Below, piece by piece: positions 37,915 to 47,176 of a stretch of DNA of 62,568 bases. A model generated the notes under the pieces. That model saw nothing but the letters and a program-made list of their open reading frames with translations, ran no database searches and was not told the origin of the DNA. Positions within the stretch are counted from its first letter, which is position 1, and each line of letters opens with the position of its first letter. The translations under genes and the position numbers were made by a program. This DNA is from Chloroflexota bacterium (GTDB lineage Bacteria > Chloroflexota > UBA6077 > SHYK01). Where the stretch lies: NCBI GenBank assembly GCA_016202435.1, contig JACQOR010000089.1, positions 1 through 62,568 of the forward strand. The letters run 5' to 3'.

Positions 37915-38544
37915 TCAGGCGGAGGCGACGGCGCTGGTGGATCCGGACCGCTCTAGCGCACCCCATTCGGTTCTGGCGGCGGCCCACTCACCTTCCCAAA
38001 CCGGCTCCAGCTCGGCGTAACGATCGACGGAGACGGCCATCTCAATGCTGTCGCACCACGCGCCGTTCACGTAGGCAATGTTCCGCCGCACGCTCTCGAC
38101 CTCAAATCCACACTTCCTGTAGGATGCCATCGCGCGGCTGTTGAAGTCGTACACGCTGAGCTGCACCTTCTTCATGCCCACGTCTCGGAAGAAAAAACGC
38201 AGGACCAGGCGCATGGCATCAGTACCGTAGCCACGTCCCCGGTACTCGTCCGAGCCGATGCCAATGAAAAGCCGACATGTGCCGATGTCCTTGTAGAGCC
38301 GGTCGAAACCCAGCATTCCGATGGACCGTTTCTCGAGCGTGCAGATGATGAAGAGCCCACTGGTTGGATCGGTGCGGTACTGCTGGAAGCGCCTCCGGAC
38401 CTCGTCCATGGACATACGCTTTTGCGGGTCGGCATTGAGGTACAGCCCCATCTCGGAGTTGTTCTCCCATTCCCAGACCTGCTGGAGATCATCCACCAGT
38501 ACCTCGCGCATCACGACCAGTCTTCCGACGACGGTTGGCAGCAT
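37915..38544 (-). CDS. GNAT acetyltransferase (RimJ/RimL-like)
   Basis: 'YRGRGYGTDAM', 'V..FN..A..SYRKCGF'. Confidence 0.88.
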   Translation of the reverse strand: MLPTVVGRLVVMREVLVDDLQQVWEWENNSEMGLYLNADPQKRMSMDEVRRRFQQYRTDPTSGLFIICTLEKRSIGMLGFDRLYKDIGTCRLFIGIGSDEYRGRGYGTDAMRLVLRFFFRDVGMKKVQLSVYDFNSRAMASYRKCGFEVESVRRNIAYVNGAWCDSIEMAVSVDRYAELEPVWEGEWAAARTEWGALERSGSTSAVASA

Positions 38545-38628
38545 CGCAAGAAATCCTCGTCCATAAGGCTGAACGCCAATGGGAGCTTATAGTATAGATT
38601 CCAGCCCGAAAGCCGGAGGGCGCGACAC

Positions 38629-38724
38629 TTGAACCAGAGGTTTCCTCGGGTAGTTTTCGTCATCATCGCCGCGCTAGTCATCGCCACCGTCGTGCTGTCC
38701 CTGGTCCCTATCGGTGTCCGCTAA
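38629..38724 (+). CDS. Unannotated 31-aa single-pass membrane protein [31 protein letters not shown]
   Basis: GGAGG at 38615-38619, TTG start 9 nt later, positive N-terminus and ~20-aa hydrophobic core, TAA at 38722-38724. Confidence 0.7.
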   Translation: MNQRFPRVVFVIIAALVIATVVLSLVPIGVR

Positions 38725-39124
38725 GGTGGTTGGCGGACTAAGAGCCCGACCCAGCCGTCGACGCGGGGTTCGTTGTAGCCGCTGGAGGTTTCAGCAGCTG
38801 GTTTCTCGCGCCTATGCGCAGCTTCCGAGCCAGGTGCAGGCAACTTTGGCGAACATCGCCGTCACAGTAGAAGACCTCCCCTCCGATGACGGGTCTGAGA
38901 CGCAAGGGCGGGGTGACGGCCCACTCGGCCTGTACCGGGGGACTCCACTGGGCGAACGTGGGAGCGGCTACTCTCTGGTCTTGCCAGACAAGGTGACCGT
39001 ATATCGGCTGCCGCTGCTCCACGCCTGCCATAGCCTCCGTGACCTCGAAGAGGAAATCACCCTCACCCTCCTTCACGAGATCGGCCACCACATCGGACTC
39101 AGCGACGACGACCTTCCCTTCTAA
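38714..39124 (+). CDS. Zincin-like metallopeptidase (DUF1025-type)
   Basis: [24 protein letters not shown] (HExxH). Confidence 0.85.
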   Translation: MSAKVVGGLRARPSRRRGVRCSRWRFQQLVSRAYAQLPSQVQATLANIAVTVEDLPSDDGSETQGRGDGPLGLYRGTPLGERGSGYSLVLPDKVTVYRLPLLHACHSLRDLEEEITLTLLHEIGHHIGLSDDDLPF

Positions 39125-39137
39125 TCCGCGCTCCTCA

Positions 39138-39854
39138 ATGCGGATTGACATCCTCACTCTCTTTCCGGGCATGTTCATGGGGCCATTTTCAGAGAGCATC
39201 CTGGGCCGGGCCGTCGCTGCGCGGCTGGTCGACTTCCAGATCCACGACCTCCGCGCCTGGGCACATGACAGGCACCGAACGGCCGACGACGTGCCATTTG
39301 GTGGAGGGCCCGGAATGGTGCTGAAACCGGAACCAATCTTCGAAGCCGTGGACGACATTGCGGAAGCCGGCGCCGAAATCGTCCTTCTCTCTCCCAACGG
39401 TGAACTGCTCAAGCAGGAGCTCGTCGAGCAGCTCGCCATCCAAACCCATCTAGTCCTGATTTGCGGGCACTATGAAGGAGTAGACGAGCGGGTGGCCGAT
39501 CACCTCGCGACTCGCCAGATTTCAGTCGGCGACTACGTGCTGAGCGGCGGCGAGATCCCTGCCATGGTGGTTGCTGACGCCGTGGTCCGGCTGATTCCCG
39601 GGGCTCTGGGGTGCGCGGACTCAACTCGCGAGGAGGCGCACTCGACAGGCCTGCTCGAATATCCACAGTACACTCGCCCTGCGGTCTACCGGGGAATTGA
39701 GGTACCAGCGATCGTGCGCTCCGGCGACCACCAGGAGCTCGCCCGCTGGAAACGCCGACAGGCGCTCCAGCGTACCCGCGAGCGGCGCCCCGACTTGCTC
39801 CGGCCCGAACACCTGGAGGAGATGCGGCAGCTCGGCATCGATTTATCCTCCTAG
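39138..39854 (+). CDS. trmD: tRNA (guanine37-N1)-methyltransferase
   Basis: [47 protein letters not shown]. Confidence 0.97.
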   Translation: MRIDILTLFPGMFMGPFSESILGRAVAARLVDFQIHDLRAWAHDRHRTADDVPFGGGPGMVLKPEPIFEAVDDIAEAGAEIVLLSPNGELLKQELVEQLAIQTHLVLICGHYEGVDERVADHLATRQISVGDYVLSGGEIPAMVVADAVVRLIPGALGCADSTREEAHSTGLLEYPQYTRPAVYRGIEVPAIVRSGDHQELARWKRRQALQRTRERRPDLLRPEHLEEMRQLGIDLSS

Positions 39855-39964
39855 GAGGCGCGACGCCGAAGGCTCTCCCGCCGAGGGGCCTTCGCGGCCC
39901 ATCGAAACGAACCCATCGCCGCTCGGAATGACAGGAACGTACACTCCGGTGCCTGAAAAGCGCA

Positions 39965-39993
39965 TTGCCTGGGCCATGTGGGGCATCTAGAAT
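39965..39993 (+). promoter_or_regulatory. sigma70-type promoter for the GT2 gene
   Basis: TTGCCT, 17 nt, TAGAAT. Confidence 0.6.
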
Positions 39994-40058
39994 GGGGCAT
40001 CCCCCTTCGCAGAGCTGAGCGGTAGGCGCGCCCTCGGCGAGGCCGTGAGGAGCGACGA

Positions 40059-40796
40059 GTGATAGCTTCAATCGTCATTCGTGCCAAGAATGAGGCGCGA
40101 GATATCGGCACCTCCCTGACCCAGGTTTTCGCACAACAGGGGGTTCCGAGCTTCGAGGTAATCGTAGTCGACTCTGGGTCGACCGATGCCACCCTCGACA
40201 TCGCCCGACAGTTTCCGACCCGAATCATCCAAATCCCTCCCGAGACCTTCACCTACGGGCGCGCCCTCAACATCGGCGTACAGGCCGCGACGGGAGACTT
40301 TGCGGTGAGCCTCGCGGCCCACGCCCTTCCCTCTCACCACCGCTGGCTGGCAAACCTGCTCGCGCCCTTCGCCGATCCCACGATCGGCGGCGTCTATGGC
40401 CGGGAACTGCCGCGAGCCAACGTGACTCTTTTTGAGCTCTTCGGCATGTGGCTCTCTGGGGTCACGAGTACGAGACCCCGCCGCCAAGAGCGGGACATGA
40501 TGTTCTCGAATCGCAACGGCGCCTTCAGACGGGGACTCGTGCTCGAGCACCCCTTCGACGAGCAGATCCCCGGAGCCGAAGACCTCGCCTGGGCTGACTG
40601 GATCCAGCGCCACGGCTGGGCCGTCTACTACGAGCCTACTGCGCCCGTATACCACTCGCACGGGGAGTCGCTCCCGCGCCTCCTTCGCCGCATGGCCAAC
40701 GACCAGCCCACCATCATCGGACTCAAGCTCGGTATTCTCGCTCGCCGCCGTGCAGCCGCCGCAGGCCTGTCTGCCAAACTGAGCGTGAAGCACTAG
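40059..40796 (+). CDS. Glycosyltransferase family 2 (rhamnosyltransferase-like)
   Basis: SIVIRAKNE, VVDSGSTD, FTYGRALN, AEDLAW, VYHSH. Confidence 0.88.
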   Translation: MIASIVIRAKNEARDIGTSLTQVFAQQGVPSFEVIVVDSGSTDATLDIARQFPTRIIQIPPETFTYGRALNIGVQAATGDFAVSLAAHALPSHHRWLANLLAPFADPTIGGVYGRELPRANVTLFELFGMWLSGVTSTRPRRQERDMMFSNRNGAFRRGLVLEHPFDEQIPGAEDLAWADWIQRHGWAVYYEPTAPVYHSHGESLPRLLRRMANDQPTIIGLKLGILARRRAAAAGLSAKLSVKH

Positions 40797-40882
40797 GGCT
40801 CAGGACCTCCGCCCCCGGGCCGGGGAAGTTCTGAGCGCGGCCGGAATTGCCTGCGAAGCTCCCGGGGCGGCAGGCAGGCTGT

Positions 40883-41455
40883 CTAGCCAGAACCCAGCAG
40901 TGGGGTCCCGAGAGCGGCGAGCGCCCAAAAACGGATGGTCTTCCCCAGGAAGCAGGCCCCTAAGAATACCAACAACGGCGTTCTTGTGGCTCCGGCCATG
41001 AGGCCAATGGCATCGAACAAAGGATTCGGAAGCACGGACGCCGCGAATAGCACCGGAAACCCGTAGCGACGCATCGCGCCTTCGAGGCCGTTCGTCCACC
41101 ACGTGTGGGGGACGAACGTGCGGCCTGCGAAGCCCGCGCCATAACCCGTCAACTCCCCGACAGCCGAAGCGACTCCCGCGACCACGGCCACCAGGAAGGG
41201 ATTCAAATACGACCCCGCTACGATGATTGCCGCGACGTAGGGCACCGGCACCACCACCGCGGCGGTCGCTAGCAAGGTAACCGCGAAAACGCCGAGATAA
41301 CCGTATTCGCCCAACTGGCGGTAGGGTACCGGCACGACTGCGACCATCAACGTCAGCCCTGCCGCCGCCACGATGCCAGCAGTGGCTATGGCATAGGCAC
41401 GCCTGCCAAACAGGGCGTACCGATATCGCTTCTCTGGGGCAAACTCTCCGGTCAA
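40883..41455 (-). CDS. VTT/DedA (SNARE-associated) membrane protein
   Basis: 'GYLGVF', 'GELTGYGAG', 'LPNPLFDAIG', 'GKTIR'. Confidence 0.82.
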   Translation of the reverse strand: MTGEFAPEKRYRYALFGRRAYAIATAGIVAAAGLTLMVAVVPVPYRQLGEYGYLGVFAVTLLATAAVVVPVPYVAAIIVAGSYLNPFLVAVVAGVASAVGELTGYGAGFAGRTFVPHTWWTNGLEGAMRRYGFPVLFAASVLPNPLFDAIGLMAGATRTPLLVFLGACFLGKTIRFWALAALGTPLLGSG

Positions 41456-41534
41456 CGGTCTCCCAGTCCCTCGTCAAGAGGCAGGAACCATGTCAGAATA
41501 GGCCCCGCCCGTGCGTCGCACGCTGAGGTGAGCC

Positions 41535-43019
41535 GTGTCCCAAGTCCGCTCTCGGTCATCCTACGCAACTCGCGATCTGACCCAGGGAAGCATTCCTCGC
41601 AACCTCTGGTTTCTCGGCTGGCCCCAGATCGTCTCGGGCGCGGTCAGCGCCGTCGACGAAATGGTTGACCTGTTCTGGTCTGGCTTCATCAGCTCCCGAG
41701 CCATGGCGAGCGTTGGTGTCGGCCAGACCTGGATCATGCTCTTCAACAGCGCGCGCATGGGGCTGGATACATCGGCCCGAGCGATGGTCTCGCGGGCCGT
41801 GGGGGCCGCAGACCTCCCCCTAGCAAACCATATCGCCTATCAAAGCATTCTTATCAACACGGGCCTGACTCTGCTGATCTTGGGCTCCGGCATTGCCTGG
41901 GCCGATCTCCTCTGGAAGATACTCGGCGTTACGGACACTCTCTCTGAAGATGGCCTCGCCTACCAGCGGCTGCGCTTCCTGGCCTCGATCTTTTTCGGCG
42001 CGAACAACGTCTGTGGATCCCTGCTGACCGCGGGCGGCGACAGCCTCACGCCCATGAAGGCGCAGCTGTTGGCTCGCGGTCTTCACATCGTACTCACGCC
42101 GCTGTTCATGTTTGGCTTCGGTCCCCTTCCGGGCATGGGAATACTGGGCGGGCCGGTCGCGCATGCCATCGGCCACGCCGCCGGCGGGATCATGAACTTC
42201 CGGGCGCTCATTATCGGATCATCGCGTTTGCACCTCAGGTACGAAGGTCTGAAAGTCGACCCCGAGTTGGCCGTTCGCCAACTGAGGATTGGCGCCCCCG
42301 CCTCCGTGACCAGCGCGGAGCGCGCGCTCTCGAACCTGGTCCTCGTGGGAATTGTGGCACCTTTCGGCGCGACGGCCATAGCCGTATATTCGGTGACCCA
42401 GCGGCTCCAGCAGCTGACCAGCTTCGCAGGACAGGGCCTCGCACAGGCCTCAGGAGTCATCGTCGGCCAGAGCTTAGGAGCACGGCAGACGCAGCGGGCC
42501 CGCGCCACTGTCTGGTGGGCACTAGCATACGTAGGCGGCCTACAGGTAGTCCTCTGCGTCGTCATGTTCCTGTTTCCGGAGGCTTTCATCTTCGCCTTCA
42601 GCCGCGAGCCCGAGGTGATCGAGGTGGCTTCCCAGTTCCTCCGAATAGGCGTCCTCGGGATCCTCCTGCTCGGAGCCGCGAACGTACTGGCCCTCGCCTT
42701 CAATACCGCGGGTGACACGGGAGTCGCGATGTGGAGCAATCTCGGGACCCTGTGGCTGATCCAGCAGCCGGCGGCCGTTGCGCTCACCGGGGCATCGTCA
42801 CGGTGGCAGCCTTTTGGTCTCCAGGTACTCTTGCCCGAAGCGTGGAACGTCGGCTTTGTTGGCGTTGCTTGGGCGATTGTCATCGCCTCGGTGGTGCGCT
42901 TCCTCTCGATGTTTCTCTACTTCCTCTGGGGACCCTGGTGGAACAAACAGGTGCTCGTGCGGTCTGCCGTCGCTGGCGAAGGGCGGCAAGACCCGGTACA
43001 GGCGCCCGCCAGGTCCTGA
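41535..43019 (+). CDS. MATE family efflux transporter
   Basis: 'DLTQGSI', 12-TM two-repeat layout, 'GDSLTPM', 'VGQSLGA', 'AGDT'. Confidence 0.9.
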   Translation: MSQVRSRSSYATRDLTQGSIPRNLWFLGWPQIVSGAVSAVDEMVDLFWSGFISSRAMASVGVGQTWIMLFNSARMGLDTSARAMVSRAVGAADLPLANHIAYQSILINTGLTLLILGSGIAWADLLWKILGVTDTLSEDGLAYQRLRFLASIFFGANNVCGSLLTAGGDSLTPMKAQLLARGLHIVLTPLFMFGFGPLPGMGILGGPVAHAIGHAAGGIMNFRALIIGSSRLHLRYEGLKVDPELAVRQLRIGAPASVTSAERALSNLVLVGIVAPFGATAIAVYSVTQRLQQLTSFAGQGLAQASGVIVGQSLGARQTQRARATVWWALAYVGGLQVVLCVVMFLFPEAFIFAFSREPEVIEVASQFLRIGVLGILLLGAANVLALAFNTAGDTGVAMWSNLGTLWLIQQPAAVALTGASSRWQPFGLQVLLPEAWNVGFVGVAWAIVIASVVRFLSMFLYFLWGPWWNKQVLVRSAVAGEGRQDPVQAPARS

Positions 43020-43027
43020 GCCATCAG

Positions 43028-44476
43028 ATGAGCCGCATGGGGCGCTGGCTTATTTCCGCATTCCGCACGCTCGCTCCGCATCTCATACTGGCGCTAAGCG
43101 CAGCCCTTCTCTTCTTCCGGATCCGCGGCTGGGGCGAACAAATACCGGCTCCGGCGCTCAACGTCTTGGAAACGTCCGGATCAGCCGGCGGGCAAACCGG
43201 CCCGCTTCTCCCCGTTCTTCTCGCCCTCACCACCATCGTTTTCGCGACCCGGCTGGTTGGGGCAGCGGCACGCTATTTCCAGCAGCCTGCCGTGATGGGA
43301 GAAGTCATCGCAGGCCTGATGTTGGGGCCATCTCTCTTGGGATGGATGGCGCCTGAAGCTCTGACATTTCTCTTGCCACAGCCTGTCATGCCCGTCATCG
43401 GTGCGCTCGCCCAGCTTGGTGTGATTCTCTACATGTTTCTGGTTGGGACCGAGCTGGATCTCGCGATGCCCGGCTCCCGGGGCCGAGCCATCGTCTCGAT
43501 CTCTCAGGCTGGCATCATCGTCCCGTTTCTGCTTGGCTCGCTGCTCGCCCTTGGCCTGTACCAGCCGCTGGCACAGGCTGGCGTCTCGTTCACCAGCTTC
43601 GCGTTGTTCGTCGGCGTGGCCATGTGCGTCACGGCCTTCCCCGTCCTCGCCCGCATCCTCAGGGACGAAGGAGTGCATCGGACCGAGATGGGCAATGTCG
43701 CCCTGACTTGCGCGGCCATCGGTGACGCAACCGCCTGGTGCCTGCTGAGTCTCGCAGTCAGCGTCTCCAAACAGGAGCCAGGTAGCGCCCTGGCCACGAT
43801 CCTGCTCACGATCGTTTTCGTCGCCCTCATGCTGACGCTCGGCCGTCCTTTGATGGAAGCTCTCGCCCGCTCGGTCGAGCGGAGACGAGCTACGCCTGAT
43901 AGCGAGCTGGCCGGGGTGCTGGTAGCGGTACTCATTTCGGCGCTCGCAACCGAGATGATTGGCATTCACGCGTTGTTCGGAGCGTTTCTGCTCGGGGCGG
44001 TGCTTCCGCATCGGAGCCGACTGGCGTCAGATCTCGGGCAGCGGATCACCGGCGTCGTGCAGGTCCTCCTGCTGCCGGCGTTTTTCGCCTTCACCGGACT
44101 CCGCACCGAGATCCGCCTGCTGGACACGGTTGACGAGTGGCTGCTGTGTTTCGCCATCATTCTGATTGCTACGATGGGAAAGTTCGGCGGCGTGCTCGTC
44201 GCGGGACGCCTGAACGGCATTCAGTGGCGGGATGCGACGGCGCTCGGGGCCCTCATGAACAGCCGCGGACTGGTGGAGCTGATCGTGCTGAACATCGGAC
44301 TCGACCTCAGAGTCATCTCTCCCACCCTATTCACGATGCTGGTTGTCATGGCGCTCACCACGACGTTGATGACCACGCCACTGTTCCGCCTGATTACCCG
44401 TCGTCACCCCTGGAGCAACGCTCCTGATGCGCTCACGAGGGCGTCCGACATCTCATCTCCGGGTTGGGCACGCTGA
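43028..44476 (+). CDS. Cation:proton antiporter (CPA2/Kef-like, no regulatory C-domain)
   Basis: 'QPAVMGEVIAGLMLGPS', 'TAFPVLARIL', 'AAIGDA', 'MNSRGLVELIVLNIG'. Confidence 0.9.
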   Translation: MSRMGRWLISAFRTLAPHLILALSAALLFFRIRGWGEQIPAPALNVLETSGSAGGQTGPLLPVLLALTTIVFATRLVGAAARYFQQPAVMGEVIAGLMLGPSLLGWMAPEALTFLLPQPVMPVIGALAQLGVILYMFLVGTELDLAMPGSRGRAIVSISQAGIIVPFLLGSLLALGLYQPLAQAGVSFTSFALFVGVAMCVTAFPVLARILRDEGVHRTEMGNVALTCAAIGDATAWCLLSLAVSVSKQEPGSALATILLTIVFVALMLTLGRPLMEALARSVERRRATPDSELAGVLVAVLISALATEMIGIHALFGAFLLGAVLPHRSRLASDLGQRITGVVQVLLLPAFFAFTGLRTEIRLLDTVDEWLLCFAIILIATMGKFGGVLVAGRLNGIQWRDATALGALMNSRGLVELIVLNIGLDLRVISPTLFTMLVVMALTTTLMTTPLFRLITRRHPWSNAPDALTRASDISSPGWAR

Positions 44477-44697
44477 TGCGGATGCCGGATATATGGGCGG
44501 CGATCAAGCGGAAAGAAGCCGCACTCGGCCACACGGTCGTGGCTACTTTCGATGATGGGGATGCAACTGTGGAGCACTACGATGAGAACCTCAAGCGTGA
44601 GTGGCACCGCTTCAGCGCTCGCGAGCGGATGACGGCCCACTATCCCGCTGAGCCTATCGAAGCCTGGCTTCGCCAACTCCACGGAGACGGTACCTAG
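44476..44697 (+). CDS. 73-aa hypothetical protein coupled to the antiporter
   Basis: TGATG stop/start overlap; soluble composition. Confidence 0.5.
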   Translation: MRMPDIWAAIKRKEAALGHTVVATFDDGDATVEHYDENLKREWHRFSARERMTAHYPAEPIEAWLRQLHGDGT

Positions 44698-44805
44698 CAG
44701 GCGCTGCGGCCCCGCCCTCTCCAGGCTCGTTGAGAGGCCGCACTGGCCCGAACGTGTCGCAAGGGGAGAGGAATCCGAGCCGTTCTAGCGGCCAGATCAC
44801 GCCAA

Positions 44806-44833
44806 GAGGACGGGGAGATTTCTCCCCGTCCTC
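44806..44833. terminator. Perfect hairpin between convergent units
   Basis: GAGGACGGGGAGA-TT-TCTCCCCGTCCTC. Confidence 0.7.
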
Positions 44834-44914
44834 CTGCTTTTCGCTCTGTCCGCGTGGCCAGCAGGGGCGCCCCGCCTCGCCGGGACCCGCTCCAATCGGC
44901 CACCTCCAATTAGA

Positions 44915-46657
44915 TCAGTTCTTATCCAGATCGTGCCACCAATCCTGGTCGGTTCCCCACTTATAGACGCCGGTCGTTCCTTTGGACACCACCCAGGGGA
45001 TCGGCTCGTAGTAGAACGGCCAGAACGCCACCTCCCCCATGATCTTGTCCAGGAACTGCCTGCCGAGGGCCCTCATATCGGTGTCCAGCACCGCCATCTC
45101 GGTCCGCTCGATCAACCGGTCCATCTCCGGTTCGTTGTACCGGCCCCGGTTGTTGCCTCCGGTCCAGTTGTTGGCTTCCGTCGCAACCTGCGACCCATGG
45201 AACCGTCGGTTCCCGATCTTCGGCCCCGCCGTGATGTTAGATGCTCCCGTCTTCAACGAGATGAACTTGTTGTCGTTCTGCTCGGAGGCGGTGAGCACGT
45301 GGATCTGCAGGTTGATCCCCACCGCCTTCAGGTCCTGCTGGATGATCGAGTTCAGCTTCTCCCAGTCCGTACCCCGCCGGATCTGCACCTGGTAGTCAAA
45401 CCGCTCCCCGCTGGGCTGGTGCACCCGCACCCCGTCCGGGCCCATCATCCAGCCCGCTTGCTCCAGCAGCTGCACCGCCTTCCGCTGGTCGTACGGGTAG
45501 ATGTAGGGGAAGTCCGGCGCCTCGATCCAGTCCTTCAGCAGCATGTAGGGCTCATCGGTGGGAGCGTCGTTGACCCGCGCCGCCTTGAGCTGCCCCAGCG
45601 TCATGATGTTGGCCAGCTCCTCCCGATTGATCGCGATCAGCCCGGCCTGCCGCACTAACGGATTGACGAAATTGATCGGACGCGCATAGGTCAGGTCGCG
45701 CTGCAGCTCGTACTGGTTGGTCCCGTCCCGCTGACCGATGATCACCTCGTGCCCGGTCCCCTCTCGCTGGAACCGGTTGCGGAGTTCTTCGGCCAGCTCC
45801 ATCCCGATTGCCGGCGGCAGCAGCACGTCCGCCGCTCCGGCCAGGAACGTCGCCGTCATCGTATTGGGGTCGAAGACCGTCCTCAGGATGATCCGGTGGA
45901 CCTTCGCCGGCCCCATGTAGTATTCGTCAAATCGCCGGAACTCGACGTGCGACGCCGGCTCGAAGTTCACCAGCTTGAACGGCCCCGCCCCCACGTACTT
46001 GCTCGAGTTCAAATCGGAGAACTGCAGCTGGCTCGGGTCCTGCAGGTAGAGCGGCTCCCACAGGTGCTTCGGGAGCGGCGTCAGCCCCTCCCCGTTCCGA
46101 CCCAGGATCGAGAGCCGATTCCAGTGGGTCGTGAACGTGTACGGGTCCTGCACCGTGATGTTCGAGATGTACTGGATTCCGCCCCCCAGCGTTTGCTGCT
46201 TCACCGCAGGATCGTTCTTGATCTTGACCGTGAAGGCGATGTCTTCGGCGGTGAGCGGCGTGCCGTCGTGCCACTTGGCGCTGGGCACGATCTTCCAGGT
46301 CATGTCCATCGTGCCGTCCGGCTTGATGACCCACTTCCCGTTCTGCTGCGTCGGGATCTCGGCCGCCAGGCGGCGCTCCTGAGGTCCGCCCGGAATGCGG
46401 TTCGGCGCCGTCAACGGCTCCTCGGAGAACCCGGTCCAGTGCCGCCACGCCGCGCTCCCCTGCGCGCCGCTGATCACCTCGTCGAAGGTGGCAATCTCTC
46501 GCGCAATGAGGATGGTGACGATCTTCTCTTTCTCCGGCTCTCCGGAAATCCCCGGGGCCCCCGGAGTCGTCGGGGCTTGGCCCGGAGCGCACGCTGTCAG
46601 CACCAGAAACCCGATCATCCCTATCGACATCGACAGACGCAAATGCTTCCGCTGCAT
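44915..46657 (-). CDS. ABC family-5 solute-binding lipoprotein, paralog 1
   Basis: Lipobox LTAC, 'A.WHDG.PLTAEDI.FT', 'VGAGPFKL', 'RQAGLIAINR'. Confidence 0.92.
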   Translation of the reverse strand: MQRKHLRLSMSIGMIGFLVLTACAPGQAPTTPGAPGISGEPEKEKIVTILIAREIATFDEVISGAQGSAAWRHWTGFSEEPLTAPNRIPGGPQERRLAAEIPTQQNGKWVIKPDGTMDMTWKIVPSAKWHDGTPLTAEDIAFTVKIKNDPAVKQQTLGGGIQYISNITVQDPYTFTTHWNRLSILGRNGEGLTPLPKHLWEPLYLQDPSQLQFSDLNSSKYVGAGPFKLVNFEPASHVEFRRFDEYYMGPAKVHRIILRTVFDPNTMTATFLAGAADVLLPPAIGMELAEELRNRFQREGTGHEVIIGQRDGTNQYELQRDLTYARPINFVNPLVRQAGLIAINREELANIMTLGQLKAARVNDAPTDEPYMLLKDWIEAPDFPYIYPYDQRKAVQLLEQAGWMMGPDGVRVHQPSGERFDYQVQIRRGTDWEKLNSIIQQDLKAVGINLQIHVLTASEQNDNKFISLKTGASNITAGPKIGNRRFHGSQVATEANNWTGGNNRGRYNEPEMDRLIERTEMAVLDTDMRALGRQFLDKIMGEVAFWPFYYEPIPWVVSKGTTGVYKWGTDQDWWHDLDKN

Positions 46658-46840
46658 CCTTTACCTCTTTCTGTGGAATCACCCCCCGGTTCGGAATGAC
46701 CCGGGGATGACCTTCCTATGTCAGATGTCCCGCATGGTCTCTAGTGAAATCCGATGTTGTCTGCACCCTCCTCATTCAGTCGCGCAGTTCACCGACCGGA
46801 CGGCCCGGACCACTGGCGTGGATGATGGCGACCGGCTGAT

Positions 46841-46880
46841 TCAGCCCTAATCTTACCGCCCCTCGCCAGGGGAATGTCCA
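46841..46880 (-). promoter_or_regulatory. Cassette-type promoter (TAAGAT -10) for SBP paralog 1
   Basis: GGCGAGGGGCGG-TAAGAT, similar to the UbiD upstream GGCGAGGGGG-TAAGAT. Confidence 0.5.
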
Positions 46881-46982
46881 GGTTTCCTACAGACTTCTTA
46901 AGGGACGCGGGCGCCCGGCGGCCAGATAGGCGGTCAGCCCGGTCCGGCCCGGGACGTTCCCGGCGGATTTCCTGCCTGAGAT

Positions 46983-47058
46983 TGGCACCCCCGGGCGGAT
47001 TCGAACCGCCGACCAACGGATTAGAAGTCCGATGCTCTGTCCACTGAGCTACGGGGGC
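46983..47058 (-). tRNA. tRNA-Arg (anticodon TCT)
   Basis: 76-nt cloverleaf GCCCCCG...CGGGGGT-G-CCA, anticodon loop CTTCTAA, GGTTCGAATCC T-arm. Confidence 0.97.
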
Positions 47059-47176
47059 AGATAGCCACAGGCCCCCACATTGTATGCTCGCCCCATCCTG
47101 AGTTGGCATACGCCCACGGGTGCGCCAGGGAGGGATGAGAACGGGCCTGAGGCCGAATATTTTCAGAGCAGGAACC

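Noticed and set aside
42731-43027. N-terminal extension of the antiporter ORF
   Set aside because: Overlaps the MATE 3' end and is not antiporter-like; the ATG at 43028 is preferred.
44700-47058. Integrated element at tRNA-Arg
   Set aside because: No integrase and no duplicated tRNA 3' end seen in the window.
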